From assembly GCA_030390025.1 (NCBI GenBank), contig CM059432.1, positions 67,272,001 through 67,336,000 on the forward strand: a DNA stretch of 64,000 nucleotides, written 5' to 3'. This document shows, one piece after another, positions 12,614 through 25,100 of this stretch. This stretch comes from Squalus acanthias. Lineage: Eukaryota. Made by a program: the position numbers and the translations under genes. Each line of letters opens with the position of its first letter. Position 1 is the first letter of the stretch. A model generated the notes under the pieces. That model had not been told where the DNA came from. It worked only from the letters and a program-made list of their open reading frames with translations, and made no database searches.

Positions 12614-13509
12614 TAACGTATCCAAGTGTAGGAGTTTGAAATCTCAGCACAATGAAACTAACCAATTTTTAGCAGCCAGAACACTCCTGAAAGTAATAAA
12701 CGTTTGCCTCACTGAAAACGGCTGTTTCCCTATGTCAACCTGAGAAGGCAGCATTGATTGGCGACTAAAATGAAACCGGATGTTGATCCCTTTAAATACC
12801 GCTCCTACAGTGGCCATCTGACTGCATCACACCTCCTCTTCCTGCCGTTGTTCACGCCAGGCGCTAAGGCGGGGGTGGCAGTCAATTTTGCATCTGGGCC
12901 GTTAATGGGGCGTTCCACACGTGTTGACGTCATGATCTGGCATCTGCTAAAGGTGTAGGCGCTAAATGTTATCAGCAGCGCCAAATCCCGGGTGAATGTC
13001 GTATGCGGGGTTGGATTCGCCGCGCCCCGCCGCAAACCCATTAACGCCCCGTTTGCGCCCCCCCAGTCGCTAACGGGAGGCGCTAACATGCCGAATTTTT
13101 CCCTGCTATGAGTCTTATACAAGACTGGAACTTGTAACAGTATTGTGAAGGAAAGATTGGAAAAACGGGAGCTCTTTAGTCTTGAAAAGAAACAACTGAG
13201 AGAGGAAGTTGTACGAGTATAAAAATTATTAAATATCATAAATAAGGTCGATTTGCAGCACAACTTTGAAGTATGCTACAGCCGTAGGACAAGGGGTCAG
13301 TCTTTCCTCCTAATTTAATCCTAGAAATCAACCTTGTAGTTCTTCTCTGCACTGCTTGCATGGCTCTCTTAGTCTCTTGCTAAAACTGAACACAGTACTC
13401 AAGGACACTGTCCAGTTTTAGCATGACATCATGTCATCAAACAATATGTCTAAACATTCTATTCACTTTGTTTATTGCTGCTACACAATGATTTGTCAAA
13501 ATTCAGGTA

Positions 13510-13760
13510 CGGTAGTGTGGTGCTTATTGTACTAAGCTGGAGGTTATGAGTTCATTTTGTGAAATTGGAAAATTATGGGTTGTCACCAGAAAATAAATGA
13601 CTACGAAAGCTGCCAGATTGTCATAAAAGCCCAACTGGTTCATGAATGCCCTTCAGGGAGGAAGCCTGCCAGACCTATCTGGTTTGGCTGACAGGTGACT
13701 TCAGTCCCACAATACGTGATTGACTAAAGTGGCCTAAGCAAGGCATTCAGTTGTAAACAA
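13510..13760 (+). mobile_element. Older copy of the tRNA-SINE seen at 2337
   Basis: Diverged match to core ACTGGTTCATGAATGCCCTTCAGGGAGGAAGCCTGCC. Confidence 0.6.
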
Positions 13761-14045
13761 TTACTAAGAAATTCAATAATAAGAAACAAATCAGATGTAT
13801 TTATCAGCAAAAACTCAGGCATCGTATCAGAACAAGACAGAGGCAATCTCAGCCCTGAGGTCCTTGTAATGGCCTTCCACTAACATTTGGGGACTGGTGT
13901 GCAATTTGAGAGTTGTCCTGCAAACTAGTCAAACAACAGCCTGGCATTGTCATATGCAATAAATCACATCCATTAACCAACATCCCAGACTCCTCCATCA
14001 TCACCCCTGGGTATGTCCCAGCCACACAGTGGTATAACAGTTGGG

Positions 14046-15169
14046 TGTGAAGAGATCGCAAAGTCTCTGTTTGAAGAATGGACTCAGGCGAGAATATTCT
14101 GTGGACTTTATGGGATTTTTCTGAGGGTAGTTTCCCTGTGATGGGATCACCCTGTGCAGATATGTAAAAAACTGGTTTGTTAAAACTCCAGAGAACGCAT
14201 GGCAGTTGGCTGTGACAAAAGAACTGTCAGTCATCCAGAATATGCAAAAGCACTCCTCACCTCCATCTCAGAAGAGAAGCAGAATAATGAACCCACTAGC
14301 CCAGCCAGCCGAAAAGGAGCCAGTTTTTCCCAACACAAAAGACCGAGAGATGTCTGATGAAGGCCCATCACTGATTAAGCACCGGAGTGCTTAGAAACAA
14401 AAGGATTTTAAGAAGCCGAAGAGGAGCCAGTTTTTCCCAACACAAAGACCAAAATATGTCCCAGACTTAGGGCCATTAGTCCAATCACGGAATACACATG
14501 GGTCTCATGATGGCCCATCACTGATTAAGCACCGGAGTGCTTAGAAACAAAAGGATTTTAAAGATTGGAGGGAAAGATAGGGGTTTGCAAGACTCCTATA
14601 AAGATAGATTCTTTCCCACCATTCTCTCTCTCTCGCTCCCACTCCAACAAGATCGACCTAACAAGAAGTACCAGAGAAGCAGCTGAGCGGAGCAATCGAG
14701 ACCGACTGTGTGTGTGGAGGTAAGCATGGTCTCGAGTGTCCCAAGCCGGTAAACCAGATATCCCAGGCGAGCTGGGTGAGGTGTAAAGAGCTCAGAGTTT
14801 CTCAGAAGTGAAGCTTTTGGGCTATTCCGAGGGTGGGAGCTTCGTTTGGTTCAGCCAGGCGAAGGGGCTTATGTGACTGGGTAATTCGTTGGTAGGGGTG
14901 GAATTAGAGTCCACCATAGTCCTCAGTTTTGCACTGTATGTATGTTAATTGTAACCTGGATTTTATTCTCCACAGAGACAGTAATTTTGTTTTAGCCAGT
15001 GTATGTTAGACCAAATAAATACAAGTTTGATTTTTCACCGAAGCATTCTTGTCCGTGACTTATTTCATTTACACTCTGAATAATAATTCCCGGGTATAGA
15101 ACTTTCGTAAGGTGGGGGCGATTCGAACCGTCAGTCTAGCTATTGGGCTAGGATCAAAAACTGCTTACA
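14046..15169 (+). mobile_element. Solo LTR of an endogenous retrovirus or LTR retrotransposon (~1.12 kb)
   Basis: TG...CA ends (TGTGAAGAG/CTGCTTACA); duplicated U3 blocks ~14310-14560; TATAAA 14597-14602; AATAAA 14014+1000=15014-15019; interrupts a LINE. Left edge is 14046 or 14048 and the TSD is imperfect. Confidence 0.82.
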
Positions 15170-15556
15170 GATGGGAGTGGTCCTGGGAGTCATCAACTTG
15201 ATTTCTTGAAGTCTCATGGGTTTAGGTCAAACTGAGGTAAGAAAACCTCCTGCTGATCACCATCAAATGTGCCCCACCTCTGCTGATGGATCAGTACTTC
15301 TCCATCTTGCAGCCCTGAGGGAAGCGGGGGTACAGAACGTACTCTGGATGGGGCACTTCAATGTGCACCACCAAGAGTGGCTCAGTAATACCACTACTAA
15401 CCGAGATGACTTACTGGGCCAGTGTCAAGTGGTGAGCGAACCAACAAAAGGGAGTAACCTACTTAACCTTGTCCTCACTAACCTACCTGTTTCAGACATG
15501 GCTGTCCATGAAAGCATTGATAGGAGTGACCACCACACAGACATTGTGAAGACAAA

Positions 15557-16729
15557 GGGCTAGAAATTCATTATAGCCCAGGAATGGGCGATATCATTAG
15601 AAAAGTTTGAGAATTAGTGCCAGGCGCTAATGCTTTAGACTGCACGCAAAATTCATTCTCACTGCTCAAAGAAATGATTGGAGCGCTAATTCAAGTCTTA
15701 AAGGCCTAGCTCAGTGGTGTTACACTCAAAGGGTGGACCAATATTGGGTGCAGTCTAATCGCAAGTCATTGTCAGAGGCTTTTCCCAGTACTTAAAGGGG
15801 AGGTTCATTGATACAGCAGTACCTCATTCTCAGCATTGCTGGCTGTGCAGTTGCCTCAGCAAGGAGAAGCACAACAAGGAGAAGGAGCTGGAGTACTGAA
15901 GCAGGTGTGCTCATGACAGATCCACCTCAGTCGGGTGGTCAGGGTGATTGAATGCTTCAACAAATGTTACATACCACCATCTGTACCACAAGCTTCACAC
16001 ACTGCCCAAAGCACCAGACCCCCAGCACTCACCCACCAACAATCTCTACCGACCAACATGCACACCCACATCTCACACCTTGCACACAATGACAGCTATT
16101 CAACTATGGCAGGCACAAAGGTCATTAGTTATTAGAATGAATGTGATATGTGTGATATGTTTATGCATAAATTTATTAATGGACTTTGCAATATTTTGTG
16201 GTCTCTCATTTCACCTTTGCACCCAGGAGGACGCTGTGATATGGCATGACACAGGGATGGTATGATGGGGATGTGGTGAGCAAAAAGGATCTGGGGTTTA
16301 AGTCATCCTGGTGTGAGGCTGGGGATCTGTTTGGAGGAGGTGTGACCACCACCTTGGTAATGTGGAGCCATCTAATACACTGCTCCTCGCTTAATTAAAG
16401 GTAGGAGAAGTGCTGTTGGAATACCCTCGGAGGGTAAGGCCTCCTGGTGAGAGCCCTGATGTCCCTCCTCATCCCTCTGCGCACATGTTCCCGTATTTCT
16501 CACTGCTTACACTCCCTCTGCTGTGGATTCTGGAGGGCGAGGTGGCATGCCAGTACAGTCCCCATTAATATTGCCAAGTGTATCAGTTTGAATCTTTGAA
16601 CAATAAATGTAGCTACTTTGTAGTTGCCGTGCGGCGCTGGAATCGCCTTGCCCCGCTACTGCATCAGTGCCCCGTTACAGCCATCTGCTGCCGCTAACGG
16701 GAGGTGCTAAGGTACTGAATTTTTCCCCC
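15557..16729. mobile_element. Non-autonomous Harbinger deletion derivative (family related to 9082-13105)
   Basis: TIRs GGGCTAGAAATTCA / TGAATTTTTCCCCC; exact AAA TSD; mosaic of Myb intron, 3'UTR and transposase 5' remnants. Confidence 0.88.
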
Positions 16730-16907
16730 AAAGTCTTGTTTTTACAGTGAGGACACCCTCCATCGTGTAGTGTGGCACTACCACTTTCCTACTTGGGACC
16801 TAACTGGGCATCCGTGAGGCACTGTGGATTATCAGCAACAAAATTACAGACCACCACAATCTGTAACCTCAAGATGCAACCTGTTTTAAAAGGGCATTGA
16901 GCATTTA

Positions 16908-17698
16908 AGGTGCAAAATTCAGTTTGGAGCACTGACTTTTAACTTTTTGAAAAGTTAGTGCTCAGCGAAATCCATTGAAAAATGTTGCAAAATTGGGCGT
17001 TTTCACCCCAGGAGTGAAGAGGGGCGGTAAATGAGGCACTAATGGTCTCAGTGGAGCGCTGCAGGGGCGCTATTGCCAGAGCGCTACCCAATTTTAGCTG
17101 ACTTGCGTTCAGCAATCAGTCTTCAAGCCTTGACTCGAGCTTATTCCAGCTCTTAAAGGGGAGGTCATTTCAAGCTGCAGCTGCTCATTATCAGCATTGC
17201 TGCACTTGAGTGCGACCTCTCAGCTACTGAGACAGCTTTGTGCCATGGCTGCTGCAAGGGAGAGGGAGAGGGCTACTCGATTCAGTGATGTGAAACTGGA
17301 TATGTTCAGCAGCTTGTCTGACAATGTCTCAGCAGAGTTATGGCCGACAAAAAAGTTTCCCCAAGATGGAGCCTTTAAATAGCGCGAGCGAAGCTGACTC
17401 CCGACTGCAACTCGACAGCTGATGCTGTCGTTGTTAGCGCCAGGCGGTAAGTGAGGGGGCGCGGCCGAATTTTGCATCTGAGGCGCTGCGCACGGCGATG
17501 ACATCATCATCGCTGGGCGCGGCCGAGTGGGGCGGTACCTACAGGAGCAGGGCGCTAACTCTTAGCGCCTCCGCAAAAACCCGGCCCAATTTAACGCGGG
17601 CGCTAATATCGCCGCACCCGGGCGAAAACCCATTTGCGCCCCGTTAGCGCCCCATGGAGGAGCTAACGGCATGCACAAAGCAGCCGAATTTCGCACCC
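16908..17698. mobile_element. Non-autonomous Harbinger (791 bp)
   Basis: TIRs AGGTGCAAAATTC / GAATTTCGCACCC; TTA TSD both sides; Myb start remnant MAAARERERATRFSD. Confidence 0.88.
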
Positions 17699-18462
17699 TT
17701 AAAGTCCTATTCAGGTGCTTCCGCCACATTATGGGGCCTAGCCCTAACTTACATATTTTTCATGCCTTCAGTAAGACTAGTGCAAAGCTGCTATGCAAGC
17801 TGTCGGCGCCACAGGTGCTTTCTAGTTGGATCATAGTGCATGGGGCGTTGATCAGGCCTCAGGTTTCAATGCCTCATTATGCAGGAAGGAAGTGGCCAAT
17901 GTGCAGCAGTGCTATGGTCACTGGAGTTCTTAGTTGAGCCTGATAGTTGAGGTCAAATTCAGAGGCTATAATAAAACTTTGATATTAGTTGTAATCACAT
18001 GAAGAAAACTAGTCAACATTTCATTACTAAGGCCACTATTGTAAAGGTTCTGCCAAGAAGTAGCCGTTGAAAGGATTCTTTTACATTTAAAAACTGAGCT
18101 GATAAAAAAAAATACCTTTAATGACCAAGTAGATGTGTTTATTCTGTTTGAAGAGATCTCAAATAACAGAATAACGGCCATAATCTCCAGGAGGTAAGAG
18201 TAAAGCTGATGATGGACAATTTCTTTTCAATAAATATTTCAAATTATAAGTAAGATTGATATGACAGATAATAGTATCTGCTGGACCACAGGAAATGAAA
18301 GGAAGAAAGATCTTTATTATTTTCCAATCCAAGGGTAACGTATTTTTAGAGATTATATGAGTGTGCAGGTAAATTATTAGGTTGGCAGCACATTTTAAAA
18401 GTCTGGTAGCAATAAAACCATGTTTGACCATTTGGATGATGAATTCTAAACTATAGATTAAC

Positions 18463-18845
18463 TGGTGGAAAATTCAACATCACTGTGCCCGTTTTACGAC
18501 TGCTAAAGTCGTTAGGGTCTTTGGTTAGGCAGCCGCAGGCATTTGTCCTCTTTAATATGTTAATGAGGGGGCCTATGTCTGTTTAAAGACCCTTGGAGAA
18601 ATTTGTCAGTGCTGAACAAAGCAGGCGACAGGCCTGTCTCAATCAGGTTTTCAGGCGCTTACTGCAGCCTAACCAGCAGCCACCAACAACAAGGAGGCTC
18701 CATAGAATTAAAGTGGGCTCCGATTATTACAATGAGGCCTGAGGCCCAATTTCTGTTGAGCCTCAGGCCTTCCTGATCATGCATGTGCTAGAAGCGCACT
18801 GTCAGTTATCTAACTGAAAATGGGCCATAAAAAATTTAGCCCCCA
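18463..18845. mobile_element. Old Harbinger-like MITE
   Basis: Ends GGTGGAAAATT / AATTTAGCCCC, degenerate. Confidence 0.35.
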
Positions 18846-19029
18846 ATTTCTTTGAACAAGAGTTTAAGCTGTTGAGTTTTCGATGCTGTGAACTGATTAT
18901 GAGTTGACCAAATCTTTACTCAATGGGGATGATTTCCATCTCTTTACTGCCCTGGTTTGCACTCAAAAACAGGGCATTAGTGGACGGAAGATAAAGTAAT
19001 TATTTGTTCTGCTCACGTGGGGCATTAAT

Positions 19030-20395
19030 CCTGATGCCTAAAGGTGGGAGCCTCATGAATAAAGATTAAATGATAAAAGGGATGATGATGCAAGGCAAAA
19101 AGAGACGGTACTGGGACACTGAAAGAAACAAAAGATGGGTCTAGAAGAGCTGTAAATAGGAATATCAGAATCATGAGCAGCAACTGCCATCCGAAAAATG
19201 GGGACAGAGATTATGATCTGAAATTGTTGAACACCAGAAGGCTGTAAAGTGCCTAATGGAAAGATGAGGTGCTGTTTCTCGAGCTTACATTGAGCTTCAT
19301 TGGAACAGTGTAAGAGGCCGAGGGCAGAGAGGTCAGAGTGGGAGTGGTCCAGAGAATTAAAATGACAGGTGACCGGAAGCTCGGGGTCACCCTTGCGGAC
19401 TGAACGGAGGTGTTCCGCAAAGCGGTCACCCAATCTGCATTTGGTCTCCCCAGTGTAGCGGAGACCGCATCGTGAACATTGAATACAGTATACTAAATTG
19501 AAGGAAGTACAAGTAAATTGCTGTTTCACCTGGAAGGAGTGTTTGGAGCCCTGGACAGTGGGAATGGTGGAGGTGAATGGGCAGGTGTTGCATCTCCTGC
19601 GCTTGCACGGGAAGGTGCCATGGAAAGGGGAGTGGGTGATAGAGGAGTGGACCAGGGTATCGCGGAGGGAACGGTCCCTTCGGAATGTTGAAAGGGGAGG
19701 GGAAGATGTGTTTTGTGGTGGGATCACGTTGGAGGTGACGGAAATGACAGAGGATGATCCGTTGAATGTGGAGGCTGGTAGGGTGGAAGGTGAGGACAAT
19801 GGGAACCCTATCGTCATTCCAGGAGGGAGGAGAAGGGGTGAGACCAGAAGTGCGGGAAATGGAACAGACATGGTCAAGGGCCCTGTCAACCACGGTGGAG
19901 GGGAATCTTCGTTTGAGGAAAAAGGAAGACCTATCGAATGCACTGGTAGGGAAGGTGGCATCGTCAGAACAGATGCAACGGAGATGGAGAAACTGGGAGA
20001 ATGGTATAGAGTCCTTACAGGAAGCGGGGTGGGAGGAAGTGTAGTCAAGGTAGCTGTGGGAGTCAGTGGGCTTATAATGGATATTGGTCGATAGCCTATC
20101 CCCAGAAATGGAGACAGAGAAGTCGAGGAAGGGAAAGGAAGAGTTGGAGATGGACCATGTGAAGGCAATGGAAGGGTGAAAATTGGAAGCGAAGTTGATG
20201 AAATTTTCCAATTAGGGCCGAGAGCAGGAAACGGCACCAATACAGTCATCAATGTACCAAAAAAAGAGGTGAGGGAGGGGACCTGAGTAGGACTGGAAAA
20301 AGAAGGTTCCACATATCCCACGAAAAGGCACGGATAGCTAGGACCCATGCGGGTTCCCATAGCAACACCTTTAATTTGGAGGAAGTGAGTGGAGT
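19030..20395 (-). mobile_element. Penelope-like retroelement fragment (RT C-half plus GIY-YIG endonuclease), frameshifted
   Basis: MGTRMGPSY; FFWYIDDCIGA; PFLD; YKPTDSHSYLDY; NLVYCIQCSRCGLRYTGET..LGDRFAEH. Confidence 0.92.
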
Positions 20396-20409
20396 CAAAC
20401 CCAGAAGAA

Positions 20410-20865
20410 GTAGTTTGCTGTGCTCGCTGACCTACATTGGCTCCCGGTTAAGCAACGCCTCAATTTTAAAATTCTCATCCTTGTTTTCAAATCCCTCCAT
20501 GGCCTCACCCTTCCCTATCACTGTAATCTCCTCCAGCCCTACAATCCTCCAAGATATCTGCGCTCCTCCGATTCTGGCCTCTTGAGCATCCCCGATTTTA
20601 ATCATCCACCATTGGCGGCCATGCGTTCCGTTCCAAGGACCAAAGCTCTGGAATTCCCTCCCTAAACCTCTCCACCTTTCTACCTCTCTTTCCTCCTTTA
20701 AGACGCTCCTTGAAACCTACCTCTTTGACCAAGCTTTTGGTCATCTGCCCTAATTTCTCCTTATGTGGCTCAGTGTCAAATTTTGTTTGGTAACACTCCT
20801 GTGATGCTCCTTGAGACGTCTTACTACGTTAAAAGCGCTATATAATTACAAGTTGTTGTTGTTGA
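20410..20865 (+). mobile_element. L2 LINE 3' end
   Basis: LADLHWLPVKQRLNFKIL...YLRSSD; tail GTTGTTGTTG. Confidence 0.88.
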
Positions 20866-20879
20866 TACGAAACTCGGAA

Positions 20880-21470
20880 ATCTAGTAAACAGTGAGGAGA
20901 ATAGTAATAGACTGCAGAAGGACATAGACAGATTGCTGAAATGGGAAGACAGATGGCAGATGAAATTCAATATAGAGAAGTGTGAAGTGATTCATTTTGG
21001 TGGGAAGAAAGGAGAGGCAATATAAACTAAATGGTACCATGTTAAAGGGGGCGCAGGAACAGAGAGACCTGGGGGTGTGCATATACAAGTCTTTGAAGGT
21101 GGCACGACAAGTTGAGAAGACAGTTAAAAAGGCATACTAGATTCTTGGCTTTATAAATAGAGGCATAGAGTACTAAAAGAAAGGAAGTTATGCTAAACAT
21201 TTATAAAACACTGGTTAGGCCCCAGTTGGAGTATTCTGGTCAATTCTGGGTATCACACTTTAGGAAGGATGTCAAGGCCTTAGAAAGGGTGTAGGAGAGA
21301 TTTACGAGAATGGTCCCAGGGATGAAAGACTTCCGTTATGTGGAGAAACTAGAGAAACTGGGGTTGTCCTTAGAGCAGAAACGTTAAGGGGAGATTTGAT
21401 AGAGGTGTTCAAAATCATGAAGAGTTTTGATAGAGTAAATAAGAAGACACTGTTTCCAGTGGCAGAAGTG
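20880..21470 (+). mobile_element. CR1 LINE fragment (paralog 25279-25630)
   Basis: WQMKFN.EKCEVIHFG and LVRPQLEY remnants. Confidence 0.85.
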
Positions 21471-21669
21471 TTAGGGTTAGGACATCACGCAGCTAGCATG
21501 ATGCTTTTATATTGTGACAAGCCACCATCCCCTCCCCCCACTCTTTGCCCTTGCAAAGCAAGTTAAAGGCTGACTGCTGGGAGTTGGGAACTATCCCCTG
21601 TACACTTGGCTCATGTCTCCTCTTACGAACACATGCTCAACTGCGGATCTTAGCTACAAACAAATCAAT

Positions 21670-21962
21670 TAACCCTGCTACAATAATTGAGCTGGCAATT
21701 TGAGTACTCAAACAGTGATTCTGATGCCTGGACAGTTTAGTCGGCTTTCTGCAATACAACCCAGAAGAAGTAGTTTGCTGTATGCTGCACAACTTAGCTC
21801 TGAAATGGAGGCAGTACATAGAGCCACCACTGGACGAGGACCTTCAGCATGATGAGGAAGAGGACTCTGATGACCGAGTAGATGATGAGGAAGTGGGAGG
21901 GCACCAACATCAGCCTGCAGACAGAGCTCATCGGCAGCAACTCATTGAAGAGCACTTCAGCT
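21670..21962 (+). pseudogene. Ancient Harbinger transposase C-terminal remnant (paralog 26610-26890)
   Basis: IIE.AI.VLKQ*F*CLD...LQY.PEEV.CCMLHN.AL...acidic tract...RQQLIEEHF. Confidence 0.8.
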
Positions 21963-21969
21963 GCACAAT

Positions 21970-22252
21970 CTCAGGTGGACGTAAAAGATCCCATGGCACT
22001 ATTTCAAAGAAGAGTAGGAGAGTTATCCTGTTGTCTTGGCCAATATTTATCCCTCAATCAACATCACTAAAAATAAATTAGCTGATCATTATCGCATTGC
22101 TGTTTGTGGGAGTGTGCTGTGTGCAAATTGGCTGCCGCGTTTCCTACATTACAATAGTGACTACACTTCAAAAAGTGCTTCATTGGGTGTAAAGCGCTTT
22201 GGGATGTCCTCATGGCGTGAAAGGCACTATTTAAATGCAAGTCTTTCTTTCT
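21970..22252 (+). mobile_element. Deu-domain SINE (SacSINE1/AmnSINE-like), 5'-truncated
   Basis: GGACGTAAAAGATCCCATGGCACTATTT core; L2-like tail; matches 37170-37640. Confidence 0.82.
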
Positions 22253-22439
22253 CCCCTGCATTAACAGTCATGTCCAACATATATCCCAGTCCTTCCACCC
22301 TCAAATACATAGGATCTGGCCAAAGACCAACATTGATAATCCTCTCAATGAACGTTGCAGGATAACTTGATTTTGGAAACCACTCCTTTTACAGGATCAC
22401 GGGCTGTGGCACTGGTCTAAACCTTTTAAGAAAAGTGCA

Positions 22440-22950
22440 GAGCATAAACTGGTGAGGAAATCTACGCAATGAATTTCATTTAAATGACTTCCTCCCGTGT
22501 ATAAGATGAGGAGACATAAATAACAAAACCAAGAATGGAAAAAAAACTTGTTAAAGACTTGTTGACTGCGTGTTAATGCCGAGAACATGTTTGTTGAAGA
22601 TTTTTGTGCAGAAGCTGTTGATGCTTTCATCAACATAGTAACAACTTGAGAGGTTGATATTCTCATCTCAGATCTGCTGTAAATTTATGAACAGAGATGA
22701 AGCTGCAAGTCTCATCAGCTTATCTCTGTTTCAGCACAACACTGTAGTGTTGCAGCAGCTGTTGCTGATAGCTTTCAGCCAGCTCCTGCTTGCATCTGTC
22801 AGCCCTGCTATCACTACACAGTTCACCCTGCCATGAAAACCAGTAAGCTCCTTGATACCAGATCACATGGCCGCAAATTCAGACCATGTCGCCCTGACAT
22901 CAGATCACAGTTCTGACATTGGACGCTGCCCTGATGTCAGACCACACACT
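22440..22950 (+). pseudogene. Possible hAT transposase C-terminal (dimerisation-domain) remnant (paralog 27385-27900)
   Basis: Broken reading AMNFI*...RVNAENMFVEDFCAEAVDAF resembles hAT C-termini; short CAGA(T/C)CAC repeats downstream. Confidence 0.35.
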
Positions 22951-22974
22951 GAATCAAACAAGTTACTGATAATA

Positions 22975-23285
22975 AATACAGAAAATGCTGGAAACTTTTA
23001 GAAAGTCAGGCAGCATCTGTGGAGAGAGAAATAGAGTTAACGTTTCAGGTCGATGAACTTTCATCAGAACTGGAAGCTGCTGGCGATGAATATCTTTTAA
23101 GCAAGTACAGAGCCAGGGAAAAGGGGGTTGGAGGGAAAGAACAAAAGGGAAGGTCTGATAGGGTGGAGGGCTGGACTGATTAAATGAACAAAAGGATGAT
23201 GGTGCAAGGCAAAAGGAACTGATAATGGGACAAACTTGGAAACAAAAGATGGTTCTGGAGGAGGACCCATGGTTACAGAATGTCC
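22975..23285 (-). mobile_element. Penelope-like terminal fragment (paralog 27925-28260)
   Basis: Shares GATGATGGTGCAAGGCAAAA segment with the 3' flank of the PLE at ~19080; contains a hammerhead core. Confidence 0.75.
23035..23071 (-). ncRNA. Minimal type-I hammerhead ribozyme motif
   Basis: Minus strand AGUU-CUGAUGA-A-AGUUC-AUC-GACCU-GAAA-CG-UU-AACU: catalytic core, stem I 4 bp, stem II with one mismatch. Confidence 0.7.
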
Positions 23286-23359
23286 AGGAGAAAAAGGGAG
23301 CGGTGTCACTGAGAAAACTGTCATTTATTCCCCACTTATGGCCCTTTAAGACTAACTGT

Positions 23360-24605
23360 GGCCGATCTTTCAGGACCTCTGCTGGGCGGGAACGGGGCGG
23401 TAGTGCTCCGGAAATAGCGGTGCAGCAATTACAGCCCCGTTCCCATTGCCACTTCAGCCATTGCCATTGATGATCTGCCCTGGTAATGGGCGAACAGCGT
23501 TCCTGCCTGTTTCATGCAGGAGGTTACTTTTAATATACTAATTGGGGTCCCACACCGTTTGTAGGACCCCGACATAATTTTCAGATACCAATGAGTGGAG
23601 TGTGCACTGCATAGGCTCCGCACATTGGTACCAGGTGTTGAGCAGGCTAACCAGTGGTCCTTAAAGGGAGCTCCTCCTGGCTTACAAAAAGTTTGCCTTC
23701 TGATCCCCCACCTCAGCGATTCCTTCTCCCCGCTTTAACCTATTTTTTCCAGCTTGACTCTGTCGAGAAGTTTCCAGATTTCTTGCCTGTCCCAATCGGC
23801 GAGGTACCTGTGAACGCTGGATCAGAGCTCAGAGTCCTCTGATCATAACGCCCACATAATGTCCGCATAAAGTAAAAATTGGCATCATTGATTTCTCAGA
23901 TGACGGCTAATGGACAGATCAGTAATTCCTAATATGGACAGTAGGGCCCCGATAATAACGAGGAGGGAGCCATGGGTGTGGGTTTAGCGGCCAGGAAGCC
24001 CAGAAGTACGGGTTCCCTGAGGTCCTGTTGCTTTTATATTTTTTGAGTCTGTTTTCCCGGCCACACCCAGCCTGATTGACGCCCTTGGGCGAGTTGGCCT
24101 ACAGCAACAGACCCCAGCCGGGGGTCGGACGTAGGGGAGAGGTGGTGGGGTCGGACATCGGGGAGGGGGAGCCAGACATGGAGGACGAGGAATAGGACAT
24201 CCGGGAAAGTCAGAGATCGTGGGGGGGAGGGGGGTGCGTTCCGATCATGGGGGGGGGGGGGGTCCAATCGTGAGGGGGGGCTCTGATCGCGGGGATGGAA
24301 ACAGGCGAGCTTGGTGGCCTGGAGGGATGCACTCCTGCTCCTCTTGGCCAACAAGCAGTGCTGGAAAGTTAATTACCTGCTCCATCCAGCCGTTCCCGCC
24401 TCCCTTCAGCTGCCAGGTTGCTGGCCAACGTTAAATCTGGAACAGAGATAAAATGTCAAGCACACAGCCTCATTAAAATACGTTAATGACTGGCCCGCCT
24501 TCGGAGAACAAGTTAGTCGCCCACACCCCAATCCACCTCCTTTAAACTGGAAGTAAAATTGGAGGTAAGTTGGGGTCGGGTTTTCCATTTTGTTGTTTTT
24601 AACAG
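23360..24605. mobile_element. GC-rich MITE-like element (paralog 28340-29345 + 32135-32358)
   Basis: Starts GGCCGATCTTTC; copy B ends AAAATTTCCCCC-TAA; non-coding with internal G-rich minisatellite. Confidence 0.5.
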
Positions 24606-25016
24606 GAATGTGATCTCTACTTCTAGTGGGGTAGGGTGTATGCTGAATGTATACACCTGAAGGAGAATATATATATGCCAGGCAGTAATCTGGGATGTAC
24701 AACACTTTACAACTACCACTGTTTCCCTCACATTTCTGAGTAAAGAGTAGATTTATGACTTTTAACATTTCTTAGCTTGTTAACTGCTTGAGAAGTGTAA
24801 AGTTGACCATCTGTGCAGGTATATGTCGATTGGTCAGTTTATGTTTCACCATAGCAAATTCCAGAGGCCCAAGTCCGACTTGTCGAAACCCAGATGTGCC
24901 ACCAGTTTGAGTCACACAAAGAATTGGGTGAAATTTAATAGTTATTTCTAAAGGGAGAAAATGTTGTCCTTTGTTTTATTCCCCAAGTTCTAATATGCTA
25001 ACCATGTACTTTTCAG

Positions 25017-25100
25017 CCAGAAGTTTAACAAATGATTTGCAGCACAACCAAGACAAGCTCCTTCTGTTGGATGCAAGTGCCATTCCATACACTACATCAA
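25017..25100 (+). other. Candidate host exon, 84 nt, phase 1-1 (xRSLTNDLQHNQDKLLLLDASAIPYTTSx), copy A
   Basis: Branch-like GCTAAC, TACTTTTCAG acceptor, CAA|GTAGGT donor; only one frame open. Confidence 0.45.

Larger units (their letters stand above)
9082..13105. mobile_element. Full-length PIF/Harbinger transposon (~4.0 kb), decayed; Myb-like gene (+) convergent with transposase (-)
   Basis: TIRs GGGCTAGAAATTCGG / CCGAATTTTTCCCTG; flanks TTA / CTA; both genes present. Confidence 0.93.
13855..16865 (+). mobile_element. Non-LTR retrotransposon AP-endonuclease fragment, split by a solo LTR and a Harbinger derivative
   Basis: LWMGHFNVHHQEWL...LNLVLTN...SDHH (GDFN/SDH-like motifs, ORF 15216-15563); sequence is continuous across both insertions. 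Confidence 0.75.

Noticed and set aside
14310..14562. CRISPR-like repeat-spacer array
   Set aside because: Only two copies of long blocks inside an LTR U3; eukaryotic context and no cas genes
18152..18192. LRR-like exon (EISNNRITAIISR) before GAG|GTAAGA
   Set aside because: Weak acceptor, 40-nt length unlike LRR exons, and no other LRR exons found
19053..20360. Intact 435-aa Penelope protein
   Set aside because: The true RT path switches between this frame and 19426-20211; the element is frameshifted and truncated
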